56,186 nucleotides of DNA from a virus (IMGVR_UViG_3300035670_000259:1-56186); one strand, 5' to 3'; positions 18,336-25,781 are shown, numbered from the stretch's first letter. Translations and numbers: made by a program. Notes: generated by a model from the sequence alone, not told the origin.

Positions 18336-18411
18336 GCGGGTGTAGCTCAGTTGGTAGAGCATCGGTCTCCAAAACCGAGTGTCTGGGGTTCGAGTCCCTA
18401 CTCCCGTGCCA
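18336..18411 (+). tRNA. tRNA-Trp(CCA)
   Basis: TCGGT-CTCCAAA-ACCGA; GCCA end. Confidence 0.93.
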
Positions 18412-18472
18412 ATACAGGCGCAGACACGTTGATCGTGGTAAAACAGTGAAGAATATTGTCGCTCTTCACATT

Positions 18473-18562
18473 GGATGAGTGTCCGAGTGGTTTAAGGAAC
18501 TGGTCTAGAAAACCAGCGTGCATGAAAGTGTACCGTGAGTTCGAATCTCACTTCATCCGCCA
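18473..18562 (+). tRNA. tRNA-Ser(AGA)
   Basis: GGATGAG/TTCATCC acceptor, CTGGT-CT-AGA-AA-ACCAG, long variable arm, G73-CCA. Confidence 0.92.
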
Positions 18563-18739
18563 ATAAGTAGTGAAGTCCCACTGTCCTGAGGCTATAGACC
18601 TTATGCCTTTGACGGACATGCACTCACTACTCTGCGGAAGGAATAGGTCCCCTTCCGTTAGTTTTGAAGCCGAAAAGGGTAGCTCCCCTGTTAGTGCCAC
18701 TACATTAACTAGGCTTTTTTTCCTTAGTGGAGGCATTTA

Positions 18740-19270
18740 ATGAAAATTAAAGAAGAAATAGGATTAGATTCTGAGGGCAGAAACAGGCTATTTAACTTTT
18801 ACTCATGTGACTGTTGTGGGGTAGAATATAAAAAACAAGCTAGGTTATCTGTTGGGTCTAAGTATGAACACTATTGTAGTGTTTCTTGTGGTAATAAAGA
18901 TAATATAAATAACACACATATAGAATTTTGTTGTGCTAATTGCGGTATAGTTTTCTTCAGAACTAAATCTAAACTAAAAAACTCCAAGCATAATATATAT
19001 TTTTGTAGTAGAGCGTGCAAGGATAAAGGGCAATCTTATATAACTGAAATACAACCTGCGCACTATAACACAGGAACAGGAAAATCTTCTTACCGGTCCA
19101 AGGCTCTAAACAACTTACCAAACGTCTGTGCAGTATGCGAATATGATAATGTAGACGCATTAGAAGTACACCACATTGATAAAGACAGACAAAATAATAG
19201 TCTATCTAACTTATTAGTATTATGTGCAAACTGTCACACACTTATACATAAAAATAAAATTAAAATATAG
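18740..19270 (+). CDS. HNH endonuclease with N-terminal zinc-ribbon repeats (free-standing homing endonuclease)
   Basis: CxxC repeats; CAVC...LEVHHIDKDRQNNSLSNLLVLCANCHTLIH; lower GC than flanks. Confidence 0.9.
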   Translation: MKIKEEIGLDSEGRNRLFNFYSCDCCGVEYKKQARLSVGSKYEHYCSVSCGNKDNINNTHIEFCCANCGIVFFRTKSKLKNSKHNIYFCSRACKDKGQSYITEIQPAHYNTGTGKSSYRSKALNNLPNVCAVCEYDNVDALEVHHIDKDRQNNSLSNLLVLCANCHTLIHKNKIKI

Positions 19271-19348
19271 GGGTATGGGTCTGCTTGTAGTGGACACCTC
19301 GCTTGCACCGAGGACAACAGGTGGGTTAGATGCCCACATACTCCACCA
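19270..19348 (+). tRNA. tRNA-Ala(TGC), atypical T loop
   Basis: GGGGTAT/ATACTCC with G3-U70; CCTCG-CTTGCAC-CGAGG; T loop TTAGATG. Confidence 0.85.
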
Positions 19349-19448
19349 GGTTTGATCTAGATACTGTATAGGAACCACAGAAGTCCTATGTTAGCAGTCG
19401 CAATACTAGACGACATTCGAGCCAAGGCGTGAGGCTCAGCTATAAATT

Positions 19449-19523
19449 GCGGAGGTAGCTCAGGGGTAGAGCTTCTGCTTGCCAAGCAGACGGTCGTGGG
19501 TTCGAATCCCATTCTCCGCTCCA
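19449..19523 (+). tRNA. tRNA-Gly(GCC)
   Basis: TCTGC-TTGCCAA-GCAGA; TCCA end. Confidence 0.95.
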
Positions 19524-19587
19524 GATTAGTGTGCGTAAAATAATCGCATAACGTGGTAGTACACACTTTTCATAAAAGGAGTTAAGC

Positions 19588-20715
19588 ATGAGTCGACTAT
19601 TGTCTTACATAGAGAGTAATGATTTTTCTCGACCTACGCTGCTCCTAGATGTAGATAAAGTAGAGTCTAACTATTTACAGCTCAAGGCAGGTATGCCTAG
19701 AGCTTATATTCATTATGCAGTAAAAGCAAATCCCCATCCTGATATTCTTGCAAGACTTGTTAGCTTGGGATGCCGTTTTGACGCTGCTAGCATTGGTGAA
19801 ATTGATCTTTGTCTTGAGGCAGGAGCACATCCTGCTCATATTAGCTTTGGTAACACTGTTAAGCGAGTTCAAGATATTGAAGAAGCATACTCCAAAGGTA
19901 TTAGACTTTTTGCAGCAGATGCTTCAGAAGAACTGATCAAGGTTGCACATTATGCACCCGACAGTGATGTCTTTATACGCGTATTAATGCGTAGCACAGA
20001 AGCTGAATGGCCTCTGAGTCGTAAGTTTGGTTGTAGCAGTAGTATGGTTCTACCTCTACTGCATGAAGCACGAGAACTTGGACTTAACCCTGTCGGACTC
20101 AGCTTTCACGTTGGTTCACAAACTCGCCACCCACACATGTGGTATGATAGCTTAGATAGTGTTGCTGCTATTTGGCATAACGCTATAGAAGAAGGATTTG
20201 ACCTTACTCTACTTAATATTGGTGGTGGTTTTCCAGCTTACTATGGTGTAGATATTACAGCCCCTGAAGAATACGGTGCTTCTATTATGCAAGCTGTCGA
20301 AGAGCGTTTCGGGGAAGTAGACTATATTATGGCAGAGCCAGGTCGTGGCCTTGTAGGCAGTGCCGGGGCTATTGCTGCCGAAGCACTACTAGTAAGTCGG
20401 AAGCATGAAGAAGATCCTGTGCGCTGGGTATATCTCAACATTGGGCGATTCCACGGACTTGCAGAAACTGAATCAGAAGCTATTAAGTATCAGTTTGTTA
20501 CTCCCGATTGTGACAGCATACAAACAGGCCCCTGCATTGTAGCAGGTCCTACTTGTGATAGTGCTGATGTGTTATACGAAAATCACAAAGTCGAGTTTCC
20601 TTTAGACTTGACATGTGGCGACAGAGTTATTATATTAAACTGTGGAGCTTATACAAGCACTTATAGCACAGTAGCATTTAATGGCTTTCCGCCACTAAGA
20701 GTTGAAACAATCTAG
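19588..20715 (+). CDS. PLP-dependent fold-III ornithine/lysine decarboxylase
   Basis: YAVKANP, FDAAS, KFG, SFHVGSQ, NIGGGF, AEPGR, GPTCDSAD, GAYT...FNGF. Confidence 0.95.
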   Translation: MSRLLSYIESNDFSRPTLLLDVDKVESNYLQLKAGMPRAYIHYAVKANPHPDILARLVSLGCRFDAASIGEIDLCLEAGAHPAHISFGNTVKRVQDIEEAYSKGIRLFAADASEELIKVAHYAPDSDVFIRVLMRSTEAEWPLSRKFGCSSSMVLPLLHEARELGLNPVGLSFHVGSQTRHPHMWYDSLDSVAAIWHNAIEEGFDLTLLNIGGGFPAYYGVDITAPEEYGASIMQAVEERFGEVDYIMAEPGRGLVGSAGAIAAEALLVSRKHEEDPVRWVYLNIGRFHGLAETESEAIKYQFVTPDCDSIQTGPCIVAGPTCDSADVLYENHKVEFPLDLTCGDRVIILNCGAYTSTYSTVAFNGFPPLRVETI

Positions 20716-20790
20716 GCCTGTTGGTAAAGTGGTTAATACGTCTGCCTGTCACGCAGAAGAACGCGGGTTCGATCCCCGCACAGGTCGCCA
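20715..20790 (+). tRNA. tRNA-Asp(GTC)
   Basis: TCTGC-CTGTCAC-GCAGA; GCCA end. Confidence 0.95.
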
Positions 20791-20796
20791 TTATGT

Positions 20797-20871
20797 TGGG
20801 AAGTAGTTCAGTGGTAGAATAACTGACTTTGAATCAGCTGGTCGGAGGTTCGAGCCCTCCCTTCCCAACCA
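20797..20871 (+). tRNA. tRNA-Gln(TTG)
   Basis: TGGGAAG/CTTCCCA; CTGA-CTTTGAA-TCAG. Confidence 0.93.
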
Positions 20872-20880
20872 TTTAATTTA

Positions 20881-20956
20881 GCCCTAATAGCTCAGTTGGT
20901 AGAGCAACTGATTTGTAATCAGTAGGTCCGCGGTTCGAGTCCGTGTTGGGGCACCA
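20881..20956 (+). tRNA. tRNA-Thr(TGT)
   Basis: ACTGA-TTTGTAA-TCAGT; ACCA end. Confidence 0.95.
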
Positions 20957-21002
20957 TATCTAAGACAGTGGTAGAGCACTAGTAAAAATTTCAATTTTTA
21001 AC

Positions 21003-21031
21003 TTGCTTTATTGCTCTATATAAGTTATATT
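21003..21031 (+). promoter_or_regulatory. Sigma70-type promoter of the attenuated tRNA operon
   Basis: TTGCTT-17-TATATT. Confidence 0.65.
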
Positions 21032-21054
21032 CAATATATAAGGAACAAAACACT

Positions 21055-21123
21055 ATGACACACACAGTATGCTTTTCAAAGCGTTATGAGATTATATTCC
21101 ACACTCCTCGGGAGCGTTGGTAA
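21055..21123 (+). CDS. Leader peptide MTHTVCFSKRYEIIFHTPRERW (putative attenuator uORF)
   Basis: AAGGA RBS at about 21040; last codons overlap the 5' arm of an antiterminator; codons match downstream tRNAs. Confidence 0.7.
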   Translation: MTHTVCFSKRYEIIFHTPRERW

Positions 21124-21184
21124 CGTATAGCTGTGTTTGCTTGTTTACGTGTTCCAACCTCCTACAGTGTTAGGAGGTTTTTTT
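21111..21184 (+). promoter_or_regulatory. Transcription attenuator (alternative antiterminator/terminator)
   Basis: Terminator AACCTCCTA-CAGTGT-TAGGAGGTT plus T-run; competing helix GGAG(C)GTTGG..ACGTA / TACGT..CCAAC-CTCC. Confidence 0.7.
21156..21184 (+). terminator. Intrinsic terminator within the leader
   Basis: 9-bp perfect stem followed by T tract. Confidence 0.8.
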
Positions 21185-21203
21185 ATTGCTTATGAGGTGT
21201 AAA

Positions 21204-21347
21204 ATGAAACGCAAGGAACTGCCGAAGGCACGTAATCCATACGTCCTTCATCTTTCCAAACGCCCATCTGGCGCACACGGAAAGACTAAGAAAGTGGAAC
21301 GTCGTAATGACAAGATGGCGTTGCGTAAAGAATGGGCCGTTAGCTGA
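21204..21347 (+). CDS. Small basic protein (47 aa) whose stop codon lies inside tRNA-Lys
   Basis: GAGGTG RBS; MKRKELPKARNPYVLHLSKRPSGAHGKTKKVERRNDKMALRKEWAVS. Confidence 0.7.
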   Translation: MKRKELPKARNPYVLHLSKRPSGAHGKTKKVERRNDKMALRKEWAVS

Positions 21348-21409
21348 GTTGGTTTTAGCACGTGACTTTTAATCATGGGACATAGGTTCGAATCCTATAC
21401 GGCTCACCA
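21334..21409 (+). tRNA. tRNA-Lys(TTT)
   Basis: GGGCCGT/ACGGCTC; CGTGA-CTTTTAA-TCATG. Confidence 0.93.
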
Positions 21410-21503
21410 TTGTTTTGATGATACACTACTCTAATAGTTGGGATCGCCTTGTAGAAGGCCATGCTTGATGAGACGTTGCAACTAGTGTATCTTCAAAACA
21501 ATG
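21408..21503 (+). ncRNA. Long-stem cassette RNA (repeated stem family)
   Basis: CATTGTTTTGATGATACACTA...TAGTGTATCTTCAAAACAATG, about 20 bp with a single T-T mismatch. Confidence 0.55.
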
Positions 21504-21508
21504 AATAT

Positions 21509-21583
21509 TGTGGCGTAGCTCAGTGGTAGAGCAATCCCCTGATAAGGGATAGGTCAAGAGTTCAAATCTCTTCGCTACAACCA
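21509..21583 (+). tRNA. tRNA-Ile(GAT)
   Basis: ATCCC-CTGATAA-GGGAT; ACCA end. Confidence 0.95.
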
Positions 21584-21590
21584 AAATAAC

Positions 21591-21674
21591 GGGAGTGACG
21601 CCTCAAGGTGAGGCAGCGGACTGTAAATCCGTCGCTGAAAAGCACGTTGGGTTCGATTCCCTTCACTCCCACCA
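21591..21674 (+). tRNA. tRNA-Tyr(GTA)
   Basis: GCGGA-CTGTAAA-TCCGT; variable arm; GGGAGTG/CACTCCC. Confidence 0.9.
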
Positions 21675-21680
21675 CGATAA

Positions 21681-21762
21681 GGTGTGGTGCTCGATTGGTA
21701 AGGGGCGGGATTGCAAATCCCAGGCACGAAAGTAGTGAGTTCGATTCTCACCCACACCTCCA
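21681..21762 (+). tRNA. tRNA-Cys(GCA) with extended variable region
   Basis: GGGA-TTGCAAA-TCCC; GGTGTGG/CCACACC; U73-CCA. Confidence 0.88.
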
Positions 21763-21767
21763 TGATT

Positions 21768-21839
21768 GGTGACACCGCACGGTGCGGACTTGGGTCTCAT
21801 AAGCCCGAAGAGATGGTTCGAGTCCATCTGGCACCACCA
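21768..21839 (+). tRNA. tRNA with CAT anticodon (Met or Ile2), compact atypical D arm
   Basis: GGGT-CTCATAA-GCCC; GATGG-TTCGAGT-CCATC; ACCA end. Confidence 0.8.
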
Positions 21840-21862
21840 AAACTTATTGTAAGGAGAACTCA

Positions 21863-21967
21863 ATGGCTTGTAACTGGTCTAAGATGAATGGTTATTGGTA
21901 CTGTTCTCATTGTGGAAAACAAGTAAAAGATAGTTCTAAGAAAGATTGTCCATTTAAGGCCCCATAG
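21863..21967 (+). CDS. 34-aa Cys-rich (zinc-ribbon-like) peptide, stop inside tRNA-Glu
   Basis: AAGGAG RBS; MACNWSKMNGYWYCSHCGKQVKDSSKKDCPFKAP. Confidence 0.6.
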   Translation: MACNWSKMNGYWYCSHCGKQVKDSSKKDCPFKAP

Positions 21968-22032
21968 ATTACTGGCTAGATCACCGCCCTTTCAAGGCGG
22001 AGGAACGGGATCGATACCCGTTGGGGCTACCA
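21958..22032 (+). tRNA. tRNA-Glu(TTC)
   Basis: CCGCC-CTTTCAA-GGCGG; GGCCCCA/TGGGGCT. Confidence 0.93.
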
Positions 22033-22039
22033 ATATAAT

Positions 22040-22116
22040 GCTTCCGTAGCTCAACTGAATAGAGTAACACGCTACGAACGTGTAGGTTAGGGGTTTGAAT
22101 CCTCTCGGGAGCTCCA
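22040..22116 (+). tRNA. tRNA-Arg(ACG)
   Basis: ACACG-CTACGAA-CGTGT; TCCA end. Confidence 0.93.
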
Positions 22117-22123
22117 ATACTAT

Positions 22124-22198
22124 GCTGGATAAGGTGTACCGGTTGCATTCCTCACTGTGACTGAGGCGGACGTGGTTCGATTCCACTATCCAGTACCA
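22124..22198 (+). tRNA. tRNA-His(GTG), alphaproteobacterial type (no G-1; U72, A73)
   Basis: CCTCA-CTGTGAC-TGAGG; GCTGGAT/ATCCAGT-A-CCA. Confidence 0.88.
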
Positions 22199-22217
22199 AA
22201 CTAAAATAAGTAACTTA

Positions 22218-22293
<76 letters not shown>

Positions 22294-22294
22294 T

Positions 22295-22386
22295 GGAAGT
22301 GGGTGTCGGTACACAGGGAGGTCTTATAAACCTTCTAGCGCCAGATCAGCGTTCTCGACTAGGTTCAACTCCTAGCACTTCTACCA
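22295..22386 (+). tRNA. tRNA-Ile(TAT)-like, short D arm and long variable arm
   Basis: GGAAGTG/CACTTCT; GAGGT-CTTATAA-ACCTT; CTAGG-TTCAACT-CCTAG; ACCA end. Confidence 0.8.
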
Positions 22387-22390
22387 ATTT

Positions 22391-22478
22391 GGACAGGTGG
22401 GCGAGTGGTTTATGCCTGCAGTCTTGAAAACTGCCGAACGGCAACGTTCCGTGGGTTCGAATCCCACCCTGTCCGCCA
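22391..22478 (+). tRNA. tRNA-Ser(TGA)
   Basis: GCAGT-CTTGAAA-ACTGC; long variable arm; GCCA end. Confidence 0.95.
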
Positions 22479-22674
22479 ATTAAACCTTGCACTATGCTCT
22501 TTTTTAAGTTATTATAATTTATAAGATGAAAAAGTGGAATAGATATGACAAATCTTTTTAAGTCGTTTAGTAATGCTAAATACGCTAGTATTCTTATGAG
22601 TGATCCTACTATTAGAAATACTCGTTTAGCTGCTCGTATGCTTAGAGCTATTGGTATTAACATTTAGTTATAAA

Positions 22675-22764
22675 GGTGTTGTGGATGAGTGGTCGATATC
22701 ACCTCCCTGCTAAGGAGGCAGACCCGAAAGGGTCTCCAGGGTTCGAATCCCTGCGGCACCGCCA
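22675..22764 (+). tRNA. tRNA-Ser(GCT)
   Basis: CCTCC-CTGCTAA-GGAGG; long variable arm; GCCA end. Confidence 0.95.
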
Positions 22765-22978
22765 TAATTAATTATGTTATACAAATTTCCAGACTCTGAC
22801 ATTGAAGCTAAATTTGAAATGACTGAGCTAGAGCTTAAAATGACTCTTCTACAACGGGGAGAACCTTCAGTTGTTCTAGTTGTAGACAAAGCAGATTTAG
22901 CTAAAGCCTTTAAGAAGGTGTACTTCAAGTAACTTTGTTCTTGCTAAATAGCTTAGATTGAAGTATAGTTATTATATT

Positions 22979-23061
22979 GCCCCCTTGGTGAAAAGGTAGC
23001 CACGAGAGACTTAAAATCTCTTGCTTCATGCGTGCTGGTTCGAGTCCGGCAGGGGGTACCA
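22979..23061 (+). tRNA. tRNA-Leu(TAA)
   Basis: AGAGA-CTTAAAA-TCTCT; ACCA end. Confidence 0.93.
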
Positions 23062-23191
23062 AAATTAGAAAAGGCGTAGCAGTCTTGCCTGATGGAAAGA
23101 TCAAATAGACTGTAAAATCCTGACCGTTTGAACTCTGCAGAGGCGCAGTCAAGGTGCTAGATTGCTAGGTCTATCTGCCAAAACCTAGTAG

Positions 23192-23221
23192 GAGCTTGGA
23201 GATTGCGCAATCTCCAAGCTC
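23192..23221. repeat. 30-bp perfect palindrome
   Basis: GAGCTTGGAGATTGC|GCAATCTCCAAGCTC. Confidence 0.9.
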
Positions 23222-23236
23222 TCCCACATTCAATTT

Positions 23237-23312
23237 GGGCCTGTAGCTCAATGGTTAGAGCTGAGCGCTCATAACGCTTAGGTTGGGGGTTCGAGTCCCT
23301 CTATCCGCACCA
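23237..23312 (+). pseudogene. Chimeric tRNA-Ile2/Met(CAT) with non-pairing acceptor stem (left junction)
   Basis: 5' GGGCCTG cannot pair with 3' TATCCGC; D, anticodon and T arms intact. Confidence 0.75.
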
Positions 23313-23347
23313 TTACTTTGATGATACACTGAAGGACTATACATGCC

Positions 23348-23551
23348 ATGAAATTCTCGATGCACTCAAGAGGCTTTCCAGATTCAAAATCACAATCATT
23401 TGATGAGCATACCGCTCCAAAGTGGTTGTGTGAAGGTGGTCTTGCAGGATCGACTATGGATAACAGATGGTTCTGGAATGGTTACGTTCTTACTTTGAAG
23501 ATTGGTCAAAGTGTTGATACGGATTTTCAGACTATAACAAGAATAGAATAA
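23348..23551 (+). CDS. Hypothetical protein
   Basis: 67 aa ORF with AAGGA RBS. Confidence 0.5.
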   Translation: MKFSMHSRGFPDSKSQSFDEHTAPKWLCEGGLAGSTMDNRWFWNGYVLTLKIGQSVDTDFQTITRIE

Positions 23552-23813
23552 TGCTTCTGCCGGCGGATCCGGTGGCGACGCCTACTGGGAAGATGTGTAT
23601 CGTTTGATTCAAGAAAGCGCAGAAGAAGAAGACGAAGTGTTGGCAGAACTGTTCGAACACTTCAATGTCTGGGACTGGTATGAAGAGGAAGAAGAGAATC
23701 TCGAGATTGATCTTGACGGCGGTTTGAGTTCCATCAACGAATAATAATGGTTGACACGGCCCTACTCATGTGCTATTGTATGTGAGTAGGGCAACGCTGC
23801 TGAGGAGCACAAC

Positions 23814-24119
23814 ATGGCAAAACCCGCTCGTAAGACTGTAGAAGTTGGCACACTGCTGCGCCGCGCGAACTATTTCCTCGCAAGCAAGAACACCACCGCA
23901 GAAGAGCGCGAAGTGATGTGCGGCTTCATTGAAGGCGTGCTGTTTGACACTGGCAACTATCGCGGCTTTGCTTACCTGCCCAAAGAAGACTACACGGGCG
24001 ACACAGACTTCCAAAGCGATGGCACTCGTCGTCGTTACTTCGTCAGCGGCACTATTGATGCTGACTATGAGGCAGCTGACGTTCTGATTGCGAAACACTA
24101 CTATGGGAGGGGAATCTAA
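23814..24119 (+). CDS. Conserved phage hypothetical protein
   Basis: GAGGAG RBS and TTGACA promoter; E.VL..TGNYRGFAYL motif. Confidence 0.75.
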   Translation: MAKPARKTVEVGTLLRRANYFLASKNTTAEEREVMCGFIEGVLFDTGNYRGFAYLPKEDYTGDTDFQSDGTRRRYFVSGTIDADYEAADVLIAKHYYGRGI

Positions 24120-24120
24120 G

Positions 24121-24276
24121 ATGCCCAATTGGTTGATTGTGATGCTGACGGCGATGTTCTTTTTGATCGGCGTAAGTGCTGCGGTGTTTACTTTTAAAGA
24201 GTGTGGATGGAAGACGTTATTTTTAGGCAACGGCGGCTTTTCGGCTGCAATGATGGGAATGTGCAAGGAGAACTGA
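24121..24276 (+). CDS. Small membrane protein
   Basis: Hydrophobic N-terminus; GGGG RBS. Confidence 0.5.
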   Translation: MPNWLIVMLTAMFFLIGVSAAVFTFKECGWKTLFLGNGGFSAAMMGMCKEN

Positions 24277-24642
24277 AATGGATATGTATCTGACTGACTA
24301 CCTTGAGTTTATCAACGATCTACTCGAGCAAGCCGAAGCTGATGGCTATGTAATGGAGACCTGCTGATGTTTTACGTATACTTCGCCCGTGGCTACATGA
24401 ACGAGGAAATGATCGCTGAATGCCGCACTGCATCGGCTGCTCGTGCTCGTGCTGATTAGGAGTTCATCAACGGCGCTCGTGACATCGCAGTCTACGACGA
24501 GATGGGCGTGATGCTGTACCAACCCGAGATGGACGATGAAGGCTTCTTGATCGAAGAGTACTAAGGCCCCGCTAATAAGGGGTTGACATCTCCTAGAACG
24601 ATGCTATAACTAACACATAGGGCAACACAAGAGGACACTGCG

Positions 24643-24933
24643 ATGAATAACCTTGCTACCGCACTGACTGCAATCCACAAGATGGACCAGGATCAACTGA
24701 ACGCTGTGGTACGTGCGATCAAAGACCGCCGCACCTATCTTGCTCGCCAGAAGGCTGTGACCTTTGCTGTTGGCGACCGTGTTAGCTTCGCTGCTCGCGG
24801 TATGCAGGTGCTGGGCACTGTGACCAAAGTCAACATCAAGACCATCCAAGTCAAGCAGGACAATGCCTACACGGTGTGGAAGGTTCATGCAAGCCTGCTG
24901 TCGCCCGTAAGGAAAATGGTTGACACAGTCTAA
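24643..24933 (+). CDS. Hypothetical protein with SH3/KOW-like beta domain
   Basis: FAVGDRVSF...GTVTKVNIKTIQV...WKVHASLL; GAGGA RBS. Confidence 0.75.
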   Translation: MNNLATALTAIHKMDQDQLNAVVRAIKDRRTYLARQKAVTFAVGDRVSFAARGMQVLGTVTKVNIKTIQVKQDNAYTVWKVHASLLSPVRKMVDTV

Positions 24934-25224
24934 GGGCTGTGCTATAACTAAGCATAGGCAACGAAGAAGGAACAAGAAGATGGGCGCTGTGGTTGGATGC
25001 TTTGTTTTTTTTACGGTGCTGGTGGTGGTAACTGCAATCTATGAGGTGTTTTTCGAATGATTGAAGAACTGATTGCAATCGAGCAGCTGGAGCGGATCCA
25101 ACGACTGATCCAGAACGGTAACACGGATTTGGCTCTGGCACACATCCAAGCATCGCTGGAAGAGCGCAAGCGGCGTGTGACACGGTTCGAAGAGGAGATG
25201 GACAACGTTCCGATCTAAGATTTT

Positions 25225-25301
25225 GGCCGTGTAGCCCAACGGGTAGAGGCAGCGGACTTAAAATCCGCACAGTATCGGTTCGAATCCGATCACGGCTACC
25301 A
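25225..25301 (+). tRNA. tRNA-Leu(TAA), short variable loop
   Basis: GCGGA-CTTAAAA-TCCGC; GGCCGTG/CACGGCT; ACCA end. Confidence 0.88.
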
Positions 25302-25306
25302 AACAT

Positions 25307-25383
25307 GGGACCTTAGCTCAATTGGTTAGAGCCCCCCGCTCATAACGGGTCGGTTGGGGGTTCGAGTCCCTCCGGGCCTACCA
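25307..25383 (+). pseudogene. Chimeric tRNA-Ile2/Met(CAT) with mismatched acceptor (right junction)
   Basis: 5' GGGACCT vs 3' CGGGCCT has two mismatches; the 3' strand instead pairs fully with the 5' strand at 23237. Confidence 0.7.
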
Positions 25384-25409
25384 TAAACAAATAGAAAGAA
25401 GTATTACAA

Positions 25410-25697
25410 ATGAAATTTAAACCTTTGGGATCACGAGTCCTAGTAAAACGTAAAGAAGCTGAAGAAGTTACTTCAGGTGGCTTGATTATCCCAGAAGTAG
25501 CAAAAGAGCGTCCTTCCGAAGGTGTTGTACGCGCTGTAGGAGACGGTGATCGAGACGATCGTGGCACTCTTATTCCAACAGCTGTCTCAGTAGGTGATAC
25601 TGTACTATTTGGTAAATGGTCTGGCACCGAGATTGAGTTAGACGGAGAGTCTCTGCTTATTATCACTGAGAAGGATATTTTAGGCATAGTCTCGTAG
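25410..25697 (+). CDS. groES: Co-chaperonin GroES
   Basis: FKPLGSRVLV...TSGGLIIPEVAKERP.EG.V.AVG...VGDTVLFGKWSGTEI. Confidence 0.96.
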   Translation: MKFKPLGSRVLVKRKEAEEVTSGGLIIPEVAKERPSEGVVRAVGDGDRDDRGTLIPTAVSVGDTVLFGKWSGTEIELDGESLLIITEKDILGIVS

Positions 25698-25750
25698 ACG
25701 ACGCGTAGGTATATCAGAGGGGGTTAACCTGCTGCTTGTTGTCCGAGATG

Positions 25751-25781
25751 AGGCTCTCCTAGGAAACTAGGAGAGCCTTTT
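25751..25781 (+). terminator. Intrinsic terminator
   Basis: AGGCTCTCCTAG-GAAA-CTAGGAGAGCCT-TTT. Confidence 0.85.

Larger units (their letters stand above)
23281..25372 (+). mobile_element. About 2.1 kb foreign segment inserted in a tRNA(CAT) gene, bounded by 21-bp direct repeats
   Basis: GGTTGGGGGTTCGAGTCCCTC at 23281-23301 and 25352-25372; interior visibly richer in GC and CTG/CGC/AAG codons; no integrase seen. Confidence 0.7.

Noticed and set aside
23281-25372. Integrase-driven satellite or prophage
   Set aside because: No recombinase in the insert, and the two foreign tRNA ends do not pair with each other as a circular attP would; homologous capture fits better.
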